Assembly (NCBI GenBank): GCA_023213395.1
Contig: CM041465.1
Span: forward strand, 223,393,741-223,457,740
Origin: Cycas panzhihuaensis
Lineage: Eukaryota; Plantae; Cycadophyta
Direction: 5' to 3'
Length of the DNA: 64,000 nucleotides
This document shows, piece after piece, positions 14,008 to 28,736 of the stretch. The notes beneath the pieces were generated by a model. The model was given only the letters and a program-made list of their open reading frames with translations, was not told the origin of the DNA and ran no database searches. How positions within the stretch are numbered: the stretch's first letter is position 1; each line of letters begins with the position of its first letter. The translations under genes were made by a program, and so were the position numbers.

Positions 14008-14559
14008 TGAAGTGATCTAGTTCTATCTTTATAGCAATTTTCCTTAAAACACAGATAAGAATCCACTAAAAAGGACAAGAATTAAATACTATGTAATAGA
14101 AAATTGACAAAGAAAATAAATTCCAAAATCCATAGAAATAACTAATAATCTTTATTATCAAGTAATACCAAACTAGAGCAAAATTACATCAAAATACCAA
14201 ACTTTCCTATAGAAGTGAGCTTCTCTCTTTGAGGTGAGGAACCCTCCAAACTATAGTCCCTAAATAGGAAAGCTAATTACAGCCCTAGAACTGAAAATAT
14301 TCAGCCAAAAAAATCTCTAAATATGGTTTGGGATGAGGCCTAAACTCCTTATATATAGTAGTTAAAACCCCTCAAATAGAGGTCAACCAAATAAGATGAT
14401 AATCTCCATAGAATTGTGCCCAAAACAAGTCAGCCAGAATGATGACAAATTCCTTCTAAAATTCCTAGATGAAGACGACCTCATAGTTATCATTATTCCT
14501 GACTATGAAGTCAGCCTCACAACAAGCATTATTCTTGATTATTCCTAAGGAACACAACA
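14008..14559 (-). repeat. 3' LTR of chromovirus
   Basis: TG...CA, 552 bp, aligns end to end with 19099-19648. Confidence 0.93.
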
Positions 14560-14569
14560 AGTCCCTCCC

Positions 14570-17500
14570 TCTCAAAAAATGCTTTACCCTCAAAGAATTG
14601 GGAAGAGCCTATTTTTCTATATCTAATCTTCAGGTTCCTATGTTACATCTTTAAGCTCTAATGTTTTCCATTTGATGAGGTATTCTCTTATTATCTAGGT
14701 ATGTAAATTCTTGTCCCTAGTCTTTAGTATTCCCTTAGGTTCTATTATCATCATTCCTTCTTCATCTAATTTTGGTAAATTCGTCTATGGAGTCTCTTTT
14801 TCACCCAACTTTTTCTTTAAACAAGACACATGGAAATTGTTATGAATTTTGCTTTCTAGTGGTGATTTTAATCGATATTCCACTTCTCTTATATGCTTCT
14901 CAATCTGGTATTGTCCAAAGAATCTTAGTGATAACTTATGTTGATTATTTTGTTTCATTAATATCTGTTTATAGGGTTGGAGTCTTAGGAATACCCATTC
15001 CCCTACCTTGAAACTCTATTCAGATCTCTTCATGTCTGCCTATTGTTTCATCTTATTTTTCACCATCTCGAGATTATTCTTTAGTATTCATGTTGTTTCT
15101 TGTATTTGTTCTAGGATTTCTTAGACTATCTGAACTTTAGACATATTCAGCTAATTCAGAAGTGATGAGGGTTCATACCCATATAGTACTTGGAACGATG
15201 ACATTTTTTTTGCTATGTGGTATGTGGTGTTATACCACCACTTTGCCAGATGGAGCCATCGATGCCATTGCATCTATTTATTTGATATGAAGTTTCTTAA
15301 ATATCCTTCTATGCATTTGTTAACTATTTCTATATGATTTTTTGTTTGCGGGTGGTATGCCAAGTAGGCTAGTGCCAACTGCTTTAAATAACTCAATTCA
15401 AAAGTGACTTAGTGAATTTGGAGTCCCTGTCATTGATTATAATCATTAGAAAGCCATGTAACCTATGTATTTCTTTCATATATAGTTCTACTATTTGTCT
15501 TCCTTTTGCTTCCATCTAAGTTCTTTAGAAATAGGTGTATTTAGTCAATCTATCTACCACTACAAAAATTACGTCCTTTCCTTCTAATTAAGGAAGAATT
15601 ATGATAAAATCTAGAGTTTTCTTCCCGTTTTTAGTGGGGAATGGGAAGGGGTTGTAGTAACCTAGGTATCTTTATACATTCAGTCTTATTTCTTTGGCAT
15701 GTATCACATTCTTCCATAAATCAAAGGACGTTAGGTTTTAACCCTTTTCAGTAAAATGAATTTTGAATCCTCCTATAGGTTTTATCCATTCCTGAATGCC
15801 CTAAAATTGGAGTTGAGTGAGCTTCTTGAAGTAATATTTCCTTTAGTTTACTTATTTTTGGAACAAATATTTTTTCCATCCTTAGGATTAGTCCTCCTTA
15901 TTCTGTGAACTGCTTTGCTTTTCCTTCTTTGATCTTTTATTTTATTTCTTGTGATAACTTATCATCTTCGTATTCCTTTACTAAGGTTGTCATCCATATT
16001 AGAGGTGCTATTGTCATTGAATTGGTCGAAGCTTCAACCTTTCCTTCATATAGATAGAGCATCTTCTATTATATTTTCTTTTCTTTTTTTGTATTCTATG
16101 GTGAAGTTGAATGTTTGCAACTTACTGACTCACTTTTGTCATTCATCGGATAATGCCTTTTGATTCAAGAAATACTTCAGGCTTTCATGATAAATTTTGA
16201 CATCAAATTTGCTCTCTAATAGATATTGTCACCATTGGTGTATTACGTGCATAATGGATAACATCTCTTTGTCATATTTTGACTTTGTCATTTAGCTTCT
16301 GACTTTCATAAGCTATAGGCCTCCCTCCTTATAATAGAACCATTCCAATTCCAAAACCTGAAGCATCACACTCCAATATGAATGGTTGAGTGAAATTTGG
16401 TAACATCAATACTGGACTTATGACCATTGCTTATTTTAATTCTTGAAATGATTATTTTGCTTTTGCATTCCATATGAACGTATCTTTCTTGGTTAGGTTT
16501 GTTAGTGGCGATGCCATGCGTGTATAACCTTTTATGAATTTTCTTAAAAATCCTGCTATGCCCAAAAAACTTCTTATTCCTATGTCTTTCTTTAGAGTTG
16601 GCCAATATATAATAGCCTAGATCATTTTAGGATCAATTTTGATTCCCTCACCTATGATAATGTGTCCTAGATACTCTAATTCCTCCTTTGCGAAAGAACA
16701 CTTTTTCTTATTTACGAATAATTGTGCTTTCTCTAATATGAGTAGAACAACCTTTATATGTTCCAAATGTTCTTCCATATTTTGTTGTAGATTATGATAT
16801 CATCAAAGAAAACTAGTATGAATTTCCTTAGAACATGTTTTAATATTGCATTCATTGTGCTCTAGAAAGTGGTTGGAGCATTCGTTAAGCTGAAAGGCAT
16901 AACCCTGAATTCAAACAATCCTTCATGCATTCTAAATGTAGTTTTATAAACATCTTCTTCTTTGACTCTTATTTGGTAGTATCCTAAGCATAGATTTATT
17001 TTTGAAAAATATTGAGCTCCATGTAACTCATCTAATAAATCTTCGATCCTTTAGATAAGATACCAATTCTTTATGGTCAATTTATTTAGGCCATAGTAAT
17101 TCATACATATTTTATAAGATCCATCCTTCTTTACAAGAGAAGCAAATGGACTCATGCTTTTCACCACTATGCCTTGGAGCAATACTTCTTGTGTGATTTT
17201 TTAAATTTCCTTCCTAAGATTATTATGATGCCTATATAGAGGAATATTGACTAGTATTGCTCTGAGGATAAGATCTATTATACGCCCCAACTCCCTTTTC
17301 GGTGTCAGTCCTTGGGGTTCTTAAAAAGCTCCCTGATGTTCTTCTAGGATTGCTTGAATCTCTGGAGGAATGTCTTCTATCTCTACCCTGTAACATGACA
17401 TTATGTATGCTTGTAGATTCTTCTTTAGAATTTTTTCCATCCTATGTGATGATACAAGATGAACTAGAGGTGTGGCTGGGGCTTGCAGTCGATATTTGTG

Positions 17501-18980
17501 TCCTTTTTATCAGAAATATATAAATCTTGTCATACAGTTAATAACAATGTTCACCAACATTTGTAGCCATTGAATCCCTACAACTGCATCCAATTTACCT
17601 ATGGGCATAACAAACATACAAGTTGTGACCTTGTAATTATGTCTGGAGAGTTGTGTCTTTACAATATCCTCCATATGGCATTACTCTCCCATTTGCTATT
17701 AACACTTGGAATATGTTGAGAGGTTTCACTTGTAATCATAGTTTCTTTATCGATGCCTTGTTTATAAAATTGTGTATGTTTTTGTTATCTACCAAGATTG
17801 ATACCGGTGTCTGCTTAATTTATCCTTGGAATCTTAGGGTTTGTGTGGATACTTATTGTTGCGTAATGGCTTGCAATGATATTTGGACATTCCCTATATC
17901 CACTTCTAGAAGTTCATTATCCTCATTTTTTGCACTTGGGTCTTATTTCATTTCCTCCTCAGCTTCTTCTGATATTTCTATGTCTTCATTATTGATTATG
18001 AAAACCTTTTTTGCTAAATATTGGTGCTCCTTTTTCTATTTCCCTCCATACTTGAAGCATGTTCCTTTCCTTAAATGCTCTTCTTTTGTTATTCTTGAGC
18101 TTTCCTCTATATTCTTTATAGCTAATAGAGGGTCTGCTTTCATTCTTAATCTCATCCAATTGGTATTCTGGGTATGATATGATCTTGGCTCATATCTCGT
18201 TGTATATGTTGGCCTACTATCTCTGAGTTCTACCTCCATATTCTTTACTATTTGAATTGCTCCTTGGAGTTATGGTGGATATGCTACTTTAACTCTAAAT
18301 TTAATCTGATTTTTTAATTTACTAATACAAGTTTCCAATAAATATTCCTGTGGTATTTTTTTTGAGACCATACATTGTAGAGTTTGGAATTGTTTTATAT
18401 ATTCTTGCACTATTCCTTACTGGTATAACCAAGTTAATTGAGTAAAGTAATCTGTATTCTAAGAGTTATCATACTACTATACTAAACCTGCTCTTAGATT
18501 CTCCTAAGTCTATTGAATAGTAATTTCATCTTTTGCCACCAATAGTACCATCTTAACACCCTTCCTTTTAAGTGTAAGGAAGTTATTTCTATCTTTTACT
18601 TAGCTATTGAGTTATAAACCTTGAAATAGTTCTCCATTTGTAAGACCTAATTGGTGATATTCTTTGATACTTCTATATCAAATTTCTCAAGAGATAGTCT
18701 TGCCCCTTTCTATACATTATCCATGTTAGGAATTATCCTCTCATAAACTCATCCATTGAATCTCTTAGTCTCATTTCCTTGGTTCTCCTAATTGTTCCAG
18801 GCATCCATCTGATTTATTCCTGAGGCATTGCTATTATCCATTTCTCCTCCTCATATATTATGTATTTCTTGATCCACCTTTGTAAGTAGCTCTTAGATTA
18901 GAATTTTTAAAGATCTTATATTCTATGTTAATTCTGACGTGTCTTTAATTTTTTCCTTTCAAGTTTTGGATTAGGCTTCC
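14570..18980 (-). pseudogene. gag-pol pseudogene of chromovirus (gag, PR, RT, RH, INT, chromodomain)
   Basis: Domain motifs in gypsy order, interrupted by many stops. Ends approximate. Confidence 0.85.
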
Positions 18981-19098
18981 ATCTTCCTAGGAATGAGGTT
19001 TTTCCCTAATTGGGGGGGGGGGGGGGTTTGGGGAATTTTCAACCTTTTTAAGTTTTTACCTCTATCCTTTCCCCTTGAAATGAAGCTCTGATACCACT

Positions 19099-19648
19099 TG
19101 AAGTGATCTAGTTTGATCTTTATAACAATTTTCCTTAAATTACATATAAGAATCCTCTAAAAAGGATAAGAACCAAATACTATGCAACAGAAAATTGACA
19201 AAGAAAACAAATTCCAAAATTTATAGAAAGAACTAATAATTTTTATTATCAAATAATACCAAAATAGGTAAAATTACATTAAAATACCAAATTTTCTTAT
19301 AGAAGTGAGCTTCCCTATTTGAGGCGAGGAACCCTCCAAATTGTAGCCCCTAAATAGGTGAGCTAATTGTAGCTCTAGAACTAAAAATATTAACCAAAAG
19401 AATCTCCAAATATGGTTTGGGATGAGGCCCAAACTCCCTATATATAATGATCAAAACCCCACAAATAGAGGTCGGCCAAATAAGAGGATAATCTCCATAG
19501 AACTATGCCCTAAAGAAGTCAACTAGAATGATGACAGATTCCTTCTAAAATTCTTAGATGAGGATGACCTCACAGTTATCATTATTCTTGACTATGAAGT
19601 CAACCTCATAACAAGCATTATTCCTAACTATTCCTTAGAAATACAGTA
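19099..19648 (-). repeat. 5' LTR of chromovirus
   Basis: Adjacent to the Met-tRNA PBS, about 550 bp, paired with 14008-14559. Confidence 0.93.
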
Positions 19649-19653
19649 TTTTA

Positions 19654-22600
19654 TCTTCTTCTTTTTCTTATTTTTTTTTAAAGGGAGGGTATCACTCCAT
19701 ATGATGGTTCAAATGATGGTCATGGTGAACCAAGCATTACAAAACCTATTTTCTAGGTGATGCACCTCATTCAACCTTATACTTACCTAAGAGGATAGGT
19801 TGACTATGGTCACCACATGACTTTCATCAAGGCATGATGGGTGGTGATGGTAAAAGGTTTTAAAGGTATTATAGTGACTAACCTATCCATGGAGTATTTA
19901 GAACTCATTTAAAAAAGTGTGGGTAACAAATAGGTTGAGATCACATCCTCAAGAGATGAACCATAGGTATTTACAAGGATAGTCAATCAAAGTGTCTCTA
20001 ATTATGAAGGGGAAAGCATTGAACAACTAGTTGTGGAGGAGTAACTAGGGTATGCCAAAGAGGCCTATGATGACACTGAGTATGGGGTGCATCAAAGGTG
20101 AAAGAGGTAAATTAAAAGTTGATTAAAGTATAACTAAGACTAGTTCTAAGTAAGCTTGAGTTGGAAGTGGATAATTTGAAAGCTCAAGATCAATTAATCA
20201 TAATTTAAGGTTAATAACGAGATAAACAAGTGTTGACAATAGTTTGGTTGAGGGAAAAGTAAACTATTAAGTAATTCATTATTGCAAAGGATTTAACTAT
20301 CTAAGAAGTAAGAAGAAAATTATTTGTTAGGTGAGTGGACTAAAAAGGAGAGTAGGAGCAATCATAAGAGTAATAAAGGGATGTATAACTATCTTGTTGG
20401 TAAGAAGGGTTGCTTGAATGGTGAGTAACATAAAATGAAGAAGTCGACTACTTGGACCTATAATCGAACACCACCTCACTGATCTAAGTTGCATAAGAGA
20501 AGATCTTAGAAAGTTCAAGACCACAAAAATCCAATAAAAGGAAGAAAATATACTTATTTTTGTCATTTTGTGAATTTATAATTTGTTTGTATTTTTAGAA
20601 AAGGATGTGTATGTGTAGTTTATACTTGATTTTAGAGTAAAGAAACCCTAAAGGGAAAGTTAAGTGTGGTGAAGAGATGAGGGTAACATTCCCAAGATTA
20701 GGAGGGAAGAGCTAAGAAGGATTAAATGTTCCATCCCTACATGTTCAGGGTTAGTTGAGTTGATTTGTCTAGTAGATAAGGCCACAAGATAAATCAAATA
20801 ACATTAAACTTATAGGAATGAAAATATGAATTGTATTGGCTCCCCCTAAAGAAGAGGCCAAGGATGATTTAGGAGATAAGCCCAAGAAGATTCATATGAA
20901 TTCTTATCAATGTTAGGAGTCCTTGATTGGCTAATATTCATATGATGCTTCTTGAAAGGAAACTCATTACTTACTAAATAGATTGATGGGAACCATTGAA
21001 CAAGTCTCAAATCTCCTAAGTATGATATATTCTCCCTTGGTTATTTTTAGGTGTAGTAAGCTTTAAGGGGCCTGTCCCCTACTGAGGCCCTCCTTAGCCT
21101 ATGAGTTTTACATGGGCTTATTGTTCTAGGTACTTTCTCCTATGCTTGAGTTTATCATACTTAATTCAACATCATTCCTAGTTTTCTCTCTAAGACTTGA
21201 AGTAACCCATGCCTTATGGACATGAGGCTATTGTGCCCCTAAGCATTGGGTCTAGGGGAAAGGAAACTATAGTTTAAGCTCATTTGTAGAGCTTGTGTAG
21301 TTTACCATCACTTTAGAGTAATGCCTGACTAGGCTATGCAGACTATTTCCTTAAATACTAAAAATTGGCAGTCTTTTGAATTCAAGACCCTTAAGAGTGG
21401 CTAGGCAATATGCCCTATTATCTAAGTCTTCGATCATAAGGTAGGGGTTGACCTATTTGAGAGTAAATTTCTTTTGTTTTCAATGGAGATATTCTAATTT
21501 CAACACTTTCTCACCCACTCAAAACTTTCGAGGCCTTAGATGTTTGTTATGGGCTACTTGAGCCTTGTCTTCGAAAGCCAAGTTTCTTTGATAGGCTTCA
21601 AGATGAGTTTCATATATTTTTTATAACTGTAATAGCCTAGCTTATCTTATTCATTCTTCACTAGTGAAATTCTTAAGTGAGACTATGAGGGAGTGGACCT
21701 TTACCTCTAAGCGAAGTACAACTTCTATGCCATAGTGTAAGGAGAAAAGTGTCATCCTCGTAGCATTCCTTATTGAGGTATAGTATACCCAAAAATCCAG
21801 AAAGAGTTGGGTGTATCAATTACATTGAGAGGAGGCCACCATTTTGGCCAAGATCTTGGCCAAAATTTTGTTAAATGCTTCAATTTATCCATTAGCTTAT
21901 GGGTAATAAGGGGACGATTTCCAATGTATTATGTGAAACTTGTTGCATAGCTCATCAACATGGGCATTATAGAATGAAATCCCATTAGCAGTAATGATGA
22001 TATTAAGGATCCCAAATCTACAAATAATATGTTTGAAGATGAATGTGGTGACCACCTTCCCAATTTTTATGCTTAATGGGATAACTTTTGTCTATCTAGT
22101 GAAGTATTATGTGGCAATTAGAATGAATTTATAACTGCTAGATGATAGAGGGTGTATTTGTCTAATGAGGTTAAGGCCCCATTAGGAGAATGACCATGGT
22201 GAGAGGGCAACTCTCAAGGGAGTGGCTAGTTGATAAAGGAGAGAGGAGTATGCTTGGCACTTCTCACACTTTTAAATATAAGTATGTGCATCCTTGAACA
22301 AGATGGGCCAATAATAATCCATGTGAAGGATGCATTTAGCAGTGGATTGACCATCAAAGTGGTCATTACAAATGCCATCGTGACACTTAGTTAGGGCATA
22401 TTGTGCTTCGAAAGGGATGAGTCATCTTAATAAAACTTTGTCAAAGGAGTATTTGTAGAGGACCTCATCAAATAATAGATATTGATGTGTAACAACTCTA
22501 ACTCTCTTCTACTTCTTAGAAGAGGCATATGATGAGCAAGTTTGTTCTTTCAAGTAGGTCTAAATATCCTTATACCATTTATCCCTAACCTCATGTGGGA

Positions 22601-25600
22601 GAGTATCAACTTAAAAGATATGCTTGTCTGGGAGTGCATCATCAACCACATGTTGAACATCATTATGAAGATGTATCACAACTAATTGTTTAGCAACAAC
22701 CATTCCTTTTTGGGATTTATGGTTAAGCATTCATAAAGTAAACTCTTAAACGAGTAGGGCCTACTTACTCACTCACCCAATGAGGTTAATTTTGGTAATT
22801 AGGAGTCTAATTAGGTTTGATTTTGCTACCACATAGGTGGTGTTATCGAATAAATAATGGTATAGCTTCTTGGTTGCAAAGACAAATGTTAAACATTCTT
22901 TTTCAAATGGGCAATAATTAGTTTTTGCAACAATCAAAGTACAACTAATAAAGTAGATGACTCGCTTCCACCCAAATGCATCTTCCTAAGAAAGTATGAT
23001 CCAAGGGGTTCTTTAGTTGAGGAGATGAGGAGAATGAAAGGCTTGTTAAAGAGAGATATAGCTAGGATAGGAGCAGAAGGTAGTGCTTGCTTAAGTTTGT
23101 CAAACACTTCTTGGACAACCAGGGTCCACTCAATAGAGGCACCCTTTTTCAGGATGTTGGCAAGTGGTTTTGCATGAAGATTTAACAAGGAAACATCATA
23201 AGAAACTTAGTGTTCCAAGCAAAGACTTAATCTATTTCTAGTTATGTGGTGGGGGCATATTGATGATGGCTTTCACTTTGTTTAAATCTACCTTGATATC
23301 ACCTCTCGATACAATATTCCCAAGCATGTTGCCTAAGGTAATTGCAAAGATGCACTTGTTGGGATTAAGACGCCATTGATATTTTTGACATCTTTCAAGG
23401 ATAACTCTTAGATCTTGGATGTGATCTTGTTTATAGTGAGATAGCCCCATTATGTTGTGAAGGTAAACTGTAACAGTGGCACCAAGTAAGTTATAGAAAA
23501 TAAAAACCATGTCTCATTAGTAAGTAACCCCAACATTCTTAAGGCCAAATGGTATGACCTTATAAGCAAAGGTTCCTTATGGTGTGATGAATGTAATTTT
23601 AGTGCAATCCTTAGGGTAGATAACAATCTAATTATAACTTGAGAAACCATCCATGAGGGACATTACTTTGAAGTTATTTTTTTGATCCCAAATTTAGTCA
23701 AGGAAAGGTAGTGGAAAATTGTCCTTAGGGCATGAGTAGTCAACATCATGAAAATCAATGCAAATATGAATATAACCATTTTTCTTGGCAACATACACAA
23801 TGTTTGATACCCATTAAGAGTAATCCCTTATTTCCATGAAGTCATTTTTTTGGAGCCTTTCGATCTCTTATGTAATTATTGTAGAGAGGTGTGGGTGGTA
23901 GGTCTCTATTTTTAGCACCTTGGCTTATCCTTAGGAATGGTAGTAATATTGTAGAATATAACATCAAGATGTAAGCCCTTCATATCACTGTAATGCCATA
24001 AAAAATTAAAGAGAACTCTTTGGAGAGTTCTTGTAATTGTTAGGAGCTCTTGGAAAGAACAATCATGAGGGGAAGGATTGCATATGAGTAGATCTTGTGT
24101 TGAAGCATTGAGAGTGAAATGAGAAACCTCAATCATAGTAGTTTGATTAGGAGGAAAATCCACTTGACCATGGAAATCCCAATCAAGTTATGCTATGAGA
24201 TCAAATTAAGAGCCTTAGGTATCCTATGGAACTTGATTGAAGGAGAGATCGATGAGGGGAGGTGAACTTGCTTCTTCATTAGAAGTGAGATGCTCAATGG
24301 ACTTCCTTGAAAGGGACTCATCCTTTTAGGGACATGTAGTAATCATGTAAACACCCCTTGATTCAACTTAGGGCTCTAGAGGTGATTACTCCATAGCAAA
24401 TTATTGCCTAAAACCTAATGACGTAAAAGAGGAAGGTTCTCCTTCTTTAACAATCATGTTAACTAGAGGAACAAATTATTTAATAGGCTTTCTCCTATGC
24501 TTGATAACTTTGATATCACTATCATGGATGAACTTGAGTTCACCAAATAGTGAGGAATAAACTACTAACATTTGACTTATTAAGGATTAACCTAACAAAA
24601 GTTTAAACTCAAGGTCAAGGCTAAGGATAATAACCTTAGGCATGATTGTCTTCCCTTCAAGACTAAGTGGGAGGGTAACCTAGCCAATTAGTATTTTTTT
24701 ATGTTTGTCATATACTTAGAAAATCTAATTGTTAGGCTTATAAGTAGACACCTCTAGGTCTTTAAGGATTTAGAGTGGCACAACATTGATATAAAATCTC
24801 TCATCAATGATACATCTTTTAATGTTAATATCATCTTTGAGAATCTTGATGTAAAAGAGGATAGTTTTATTATGATTTCTTTTTCCCTCATTAATCAATG
24901 TGGATGAATCAAAGTGAAAAGTTTGTTTAAGGGGCAAATTAGACCTTGGCACTTTAAGAGTATCAAGAAAGAGTTGCCATTGATTAGGTTAGCTCTTAAG
25001 AATCTCCATTATAAGAATTACTATAAGAATGGTCTTCTACTCTTTTACAAGAAAGAAAGTACCTTCCTTTATGGATTGAGGAATAGATCTAAAATGAATA
25101 GGTCTAACAGGTAACTAAGGAGAGGAGTTTGTATACTTATCCTTAAGTGGGGACTCCCCATCAAGGGTTTTAGAGGAGGAATAGACCTTGTTGGCCTTGA
25201 CCATATTGATTATCTTTGTGTGTCTCTTACTTTTAGGTGGTGGTTTATTCGATATATTGGTTTTCTTGTCATCATATTTTGATGGTGATGACTTCTTATT
25301 GGTAGCCTTAGAATCGAAATCTTTGACATTATTATCATCTTGTTCCTTAGATTTACCCTTATCCTCAATGGTCTTTTTACCATGGTCAGGAAGTAGGTCT
25401 TTATGTATAAGTTGATATTAGTTCGATTTAGAGGTAGTCTTTTCATTAGTCTAATTGCAATGACCAAGGGATTTAAGTTTGTGATAATCTTCTTGATCAT
25501 GTGTGTTTGTTTAGTGATAAGGGCACCAGGGAGTTTTCTTATAAGCTATTGCATCAGGGTATTTTTTTTGTTAAGTGAAATGTATAAATTTAGTTTGTTT

Positions 25601-27626
25601 CTCAAGCTTAAGACCATGAGAGTTATCAACATAAAGTTTGGCATTAATGGGCCTTTCCAAAGCTCAAATTGTAGAAGTGAGGTGATCATAAGTATGATCA
25701 CATTATGCCCATTTAGACCCCTAAGCTAGTTTAGTCTTCTCATTGGGTGTAGAATGCTTGTTAACTTTTTTACCCTAGCCTAAATCTTAAATACTTCAAG
25801 AGCTAGGCACTTCTTGATGGCTTCTTCATAGTAAGTGGGCCCTAGTTTGAGGACCTCAAGGTGTACATGGGGTCTTAAGTCATTAATGAAGACATTAAAA
25901 AAAAGTCATTATTTAGAGGAGCTTGGAAGGCATGGACAAAATCCTAAAAATGATAGACAAAGCCATGTGATGACTCTTCTTTGCCTTATTTAACAAAAAG
26001 TAGAGTTTTAGAACTAGTTTTGAATGGCCTAGCCACGTCAAAATAGCTCATAAAAATACTAACCAACTATTGGAAAGAGAAGATAGATGTATATTTCAAT
26101 CTATAGAACCACTTCAAGGCATCACCTTAGAGGGTCTTTGGAAATAAGAACATTATTATATAATCATAGGGGAGATAGTCAACGCATGCAAGAGAAAAAT
26201 ATTATAGATGCTTTATTGGATCTTGAGTTGACTTCCTTAAAAATTTAGGTAACTTAGGCATGAAAGGATATAGTGGAAAGAGAAAAACCTCTTTTGGAAA
26301 GGGCATGTTCTTATAGTCAACATATGACATCCTCACCATTAAAGACAAAGTCACTAGAGGGGTTGTCTGAATAAGTCCTAACTCTTTGGGTGTCTCACCA
26401 TGGATGGAATATCCAAGATAAGACACATGTGGTTATTCTAAATATCTAAGATATAGTCTAGTAATATGGTAAGATGTAGTTGCTCCCTAAGAAGGGAAGC
26501 CTTTTGGATGCTGAGAAGTGGGGGGAACCTATCTCCCATAGTTAAGAGGTTGACTTGAGTAACCTTATTAGGTGTGGATAGGTACTGGGCTATAAGAAAG
26601 TATGGGGATTTTCCATGGTTATGTGGTACATACATGCATATAATGGAATATATGAGGGTTGTGTGGGGTTAATCAACCCTTAACGAAGTGACGATGTAGG
26701 ATATACATATGAATATGGTTGAGTTAAAGGAGGTCGAGTGGGAGTGATGTGGATTTGTAGAATCTAAGTGAAAGGGTTATCTTATAAAGGATAACTACCC
26801 CTAACTAATAGGCAAACACCTCCTAGTGATGGAGGAGGAGTAGGGGGATGTGAGAAAGGAGTGCTTGGCCCAATATAATGAGTAGTGAGGATAGATCCCC
26901 ATTGAGGCACTACCTAAGAAGTCTTTAATAGAGGTGTATATTGCCAAACCATCATAGACTCAACCTAAAAATCATGAGCATGACCACTTGGGCTGATACC
27001 TAAAGAGGATAGATGAACAAGAGGCATATGTTTCCCTCACTCCTAGGTAGTGATGTATAAGTAAGCACAAGTTAAGGTGATAAGACTTGGAGCTTGCTCA
27101 AAGAGACATATAATAGTTAGAGGAGGATGTGACATGGACATTCCATATTCTTCATCATGGAAGATGGGTCTTTTATGTTCCATGTAATGATTGTGTAATG
27201 ATATGGGAGTTCTTACCAAAGATGCATTCTCAGCCAGGTCATTTTCTTACTAATAGGGACTTCATATAAGAGAGGGTCTTTAGAGTATTCAAATGGGTTC
27301 CAAACATCTTAAAGTATAAATAGAATAGCATTAAGATCAATGATGGAAGTTTTATAACCTTCTTGAAGAGTAAAGGTGGTAGCTTGAGAAGGTGATGAGG
27401 AGTCTTCATGGGGTAGACCCTAAATTCTCCTAGATTGCCTAAGAGAGATATGGGAAGGATCTATGAAGGATGTGGAATGAAAGGTAAGTGAAGTGCTATG
27501 ATACAACTTGAATAGAGTAAAAGGATAGAAAAGAAATGTACTAAGGTAGCTTGGCTAAGGTGAAGGTCAAAGTTTGGAATGAGCAACTAGGAAGTTTAGG
27601 CAACTCCCTAGTATGGTCATAAAAAA
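19654..27626 (-). mobile_element. Internal region of a decayed Tat/Ogre-like Ty3/gypsy element (gag ~25500-27400, PR ~24550-24900, RT ~23200-23950, RH ~22800-23190, INT ~21300-22600, long 3' non-coding region)
   Basis: DNFPLPF, SLMDGFSSYN, YKVIPFGLKNVG, RLNPNKCIF, IFCRFGI, SPYYP*ANG. Degenerate PBS rc TCCCTAGTATGGTCATA (~27605-27621) resembles the TGGCGACTCNNCTGGGGA type. Confidence 0.85.
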
Positions 27627-28103
27627 TGATGTCAATTGAGGTAAGTCACCTTAGAAACCTCATAAAGGCAACCAAAGTAACAAGTCTTAATGGATCCTTG
27701 ACTACCTTCCAAATAGAAGAGAGATGTCTTTTTATATGTGTTGGAGAAGGAAACTTAATTAACTATTAATTATGCACTAACTAATTAATGATCAAAGTAA
27801 AAAGAGATAAAAGCAGCTCAAACAAACAAGAAAACCCTAACTAATTTCCCCTTAAGGAGATAAACAAATAAGTAACAACTTTCAATAAGCAGGAAGATCA
27901 ATGAGGTCCTTACCCTAGAAGAAGATGTCATAGGCTCTCTATCAACTAATCCCGAAGCCTTCCTAAAGGAGTGATCCAACCTAGACCTCTATCCAATATG
28001 AAGGAGAGAACTATACCACATTAGCTATACATTAGGAGGACTAACAAGTCAGAAGACTCAAAAGATCTTAGGCCTTGGTTTAACAACCCTATCATAGGTC
28101 AAC

Positions 28104-28736
28104 TGTTGGGGATTCTTGTTGGATATGTGACAACAATTATAAGGAGGCTTAAATTTTAGGCCTTTTTTAGTGTGTTTTTTCCTACCAACCTTTCCTCAGG
28201 GGGATCTAAGGGGGGAAAGCAACCCCCCTTGGCTGGGGGGTTCAGGGGGAACCGTAACCCCTCTACAAGTGGGGGTTCAAAGGTGGTATCCCCTGAAGTG
28301 AAAAGCTAGGGTTCAAAACTTATTGAATTATAAAGGGAATCTAGGCCATTCATAAAAAAGACCTAGATTCGATGGGTATGATTGATGTATATTCTGTTAT
28401 AACTCATTTTCAAGGTAATTGTATTGCATTATATTGCAAGTGGGTGGTTGGTGGTTATTGTTGCTGTGAGAATTTTGTGGCGACTACATGTACAAATCTT
28501 TCATTCTTGACTAATAAAGATCGATACATTTCTTGTGTGGATGTTTCCCTAGCACTCTGCTAGGGTTTTACCACATTAAATTCTATGTACTCGGTAATGT
28601 GTATGCTTTCTTGTGTATGTTGAATGATCTCTGGTTTTATATACTTATATTTATTATAGTTTTAAATCCTTGTTATTGTTGCAAAATAGATAGATCTTAG
28701 TGGTTGGTTTTGGTTATTTAGAACCAGATTTTCATA
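28104..28736 (+). repeat. Putative solo LTR (copia-like)
   Basis: TGTTG start, G/C-run repeats (GGGGGTTCA..GGGG..CCCC) at 28200-28295, TATAAA near 28329, GT-rich U5-like tail. No PBS follows and the TSD is only 3/5. Confidence 0.45.

Larger units (their letters stand above)
14008..19648 (-). mobile_element. Full-length decayed Ty3/gypsy chromovirus (Reina-like size and structure)
   Basis: LTR pair 14008-14559 and 19099-19648. PBS rc GCTCTGATACCA 19085-19096. PPT rc AGTCCCTCCCTCTC after 14559. TSD TTTTG/TTTTA. RT LVFFDDI (~16800), protease DxxxxHNFI (~17770-17795), integrase YHPQT (~15345-15360), chromodomain EYLIKWKTLELKDVT*E (~14635-14690). Confidence 0.93.

Noticed and set aside
17653-18177. 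174-aa plus-strand ORF
   Set aside because: Antisense shadow of the chromovirus gag/protease region.
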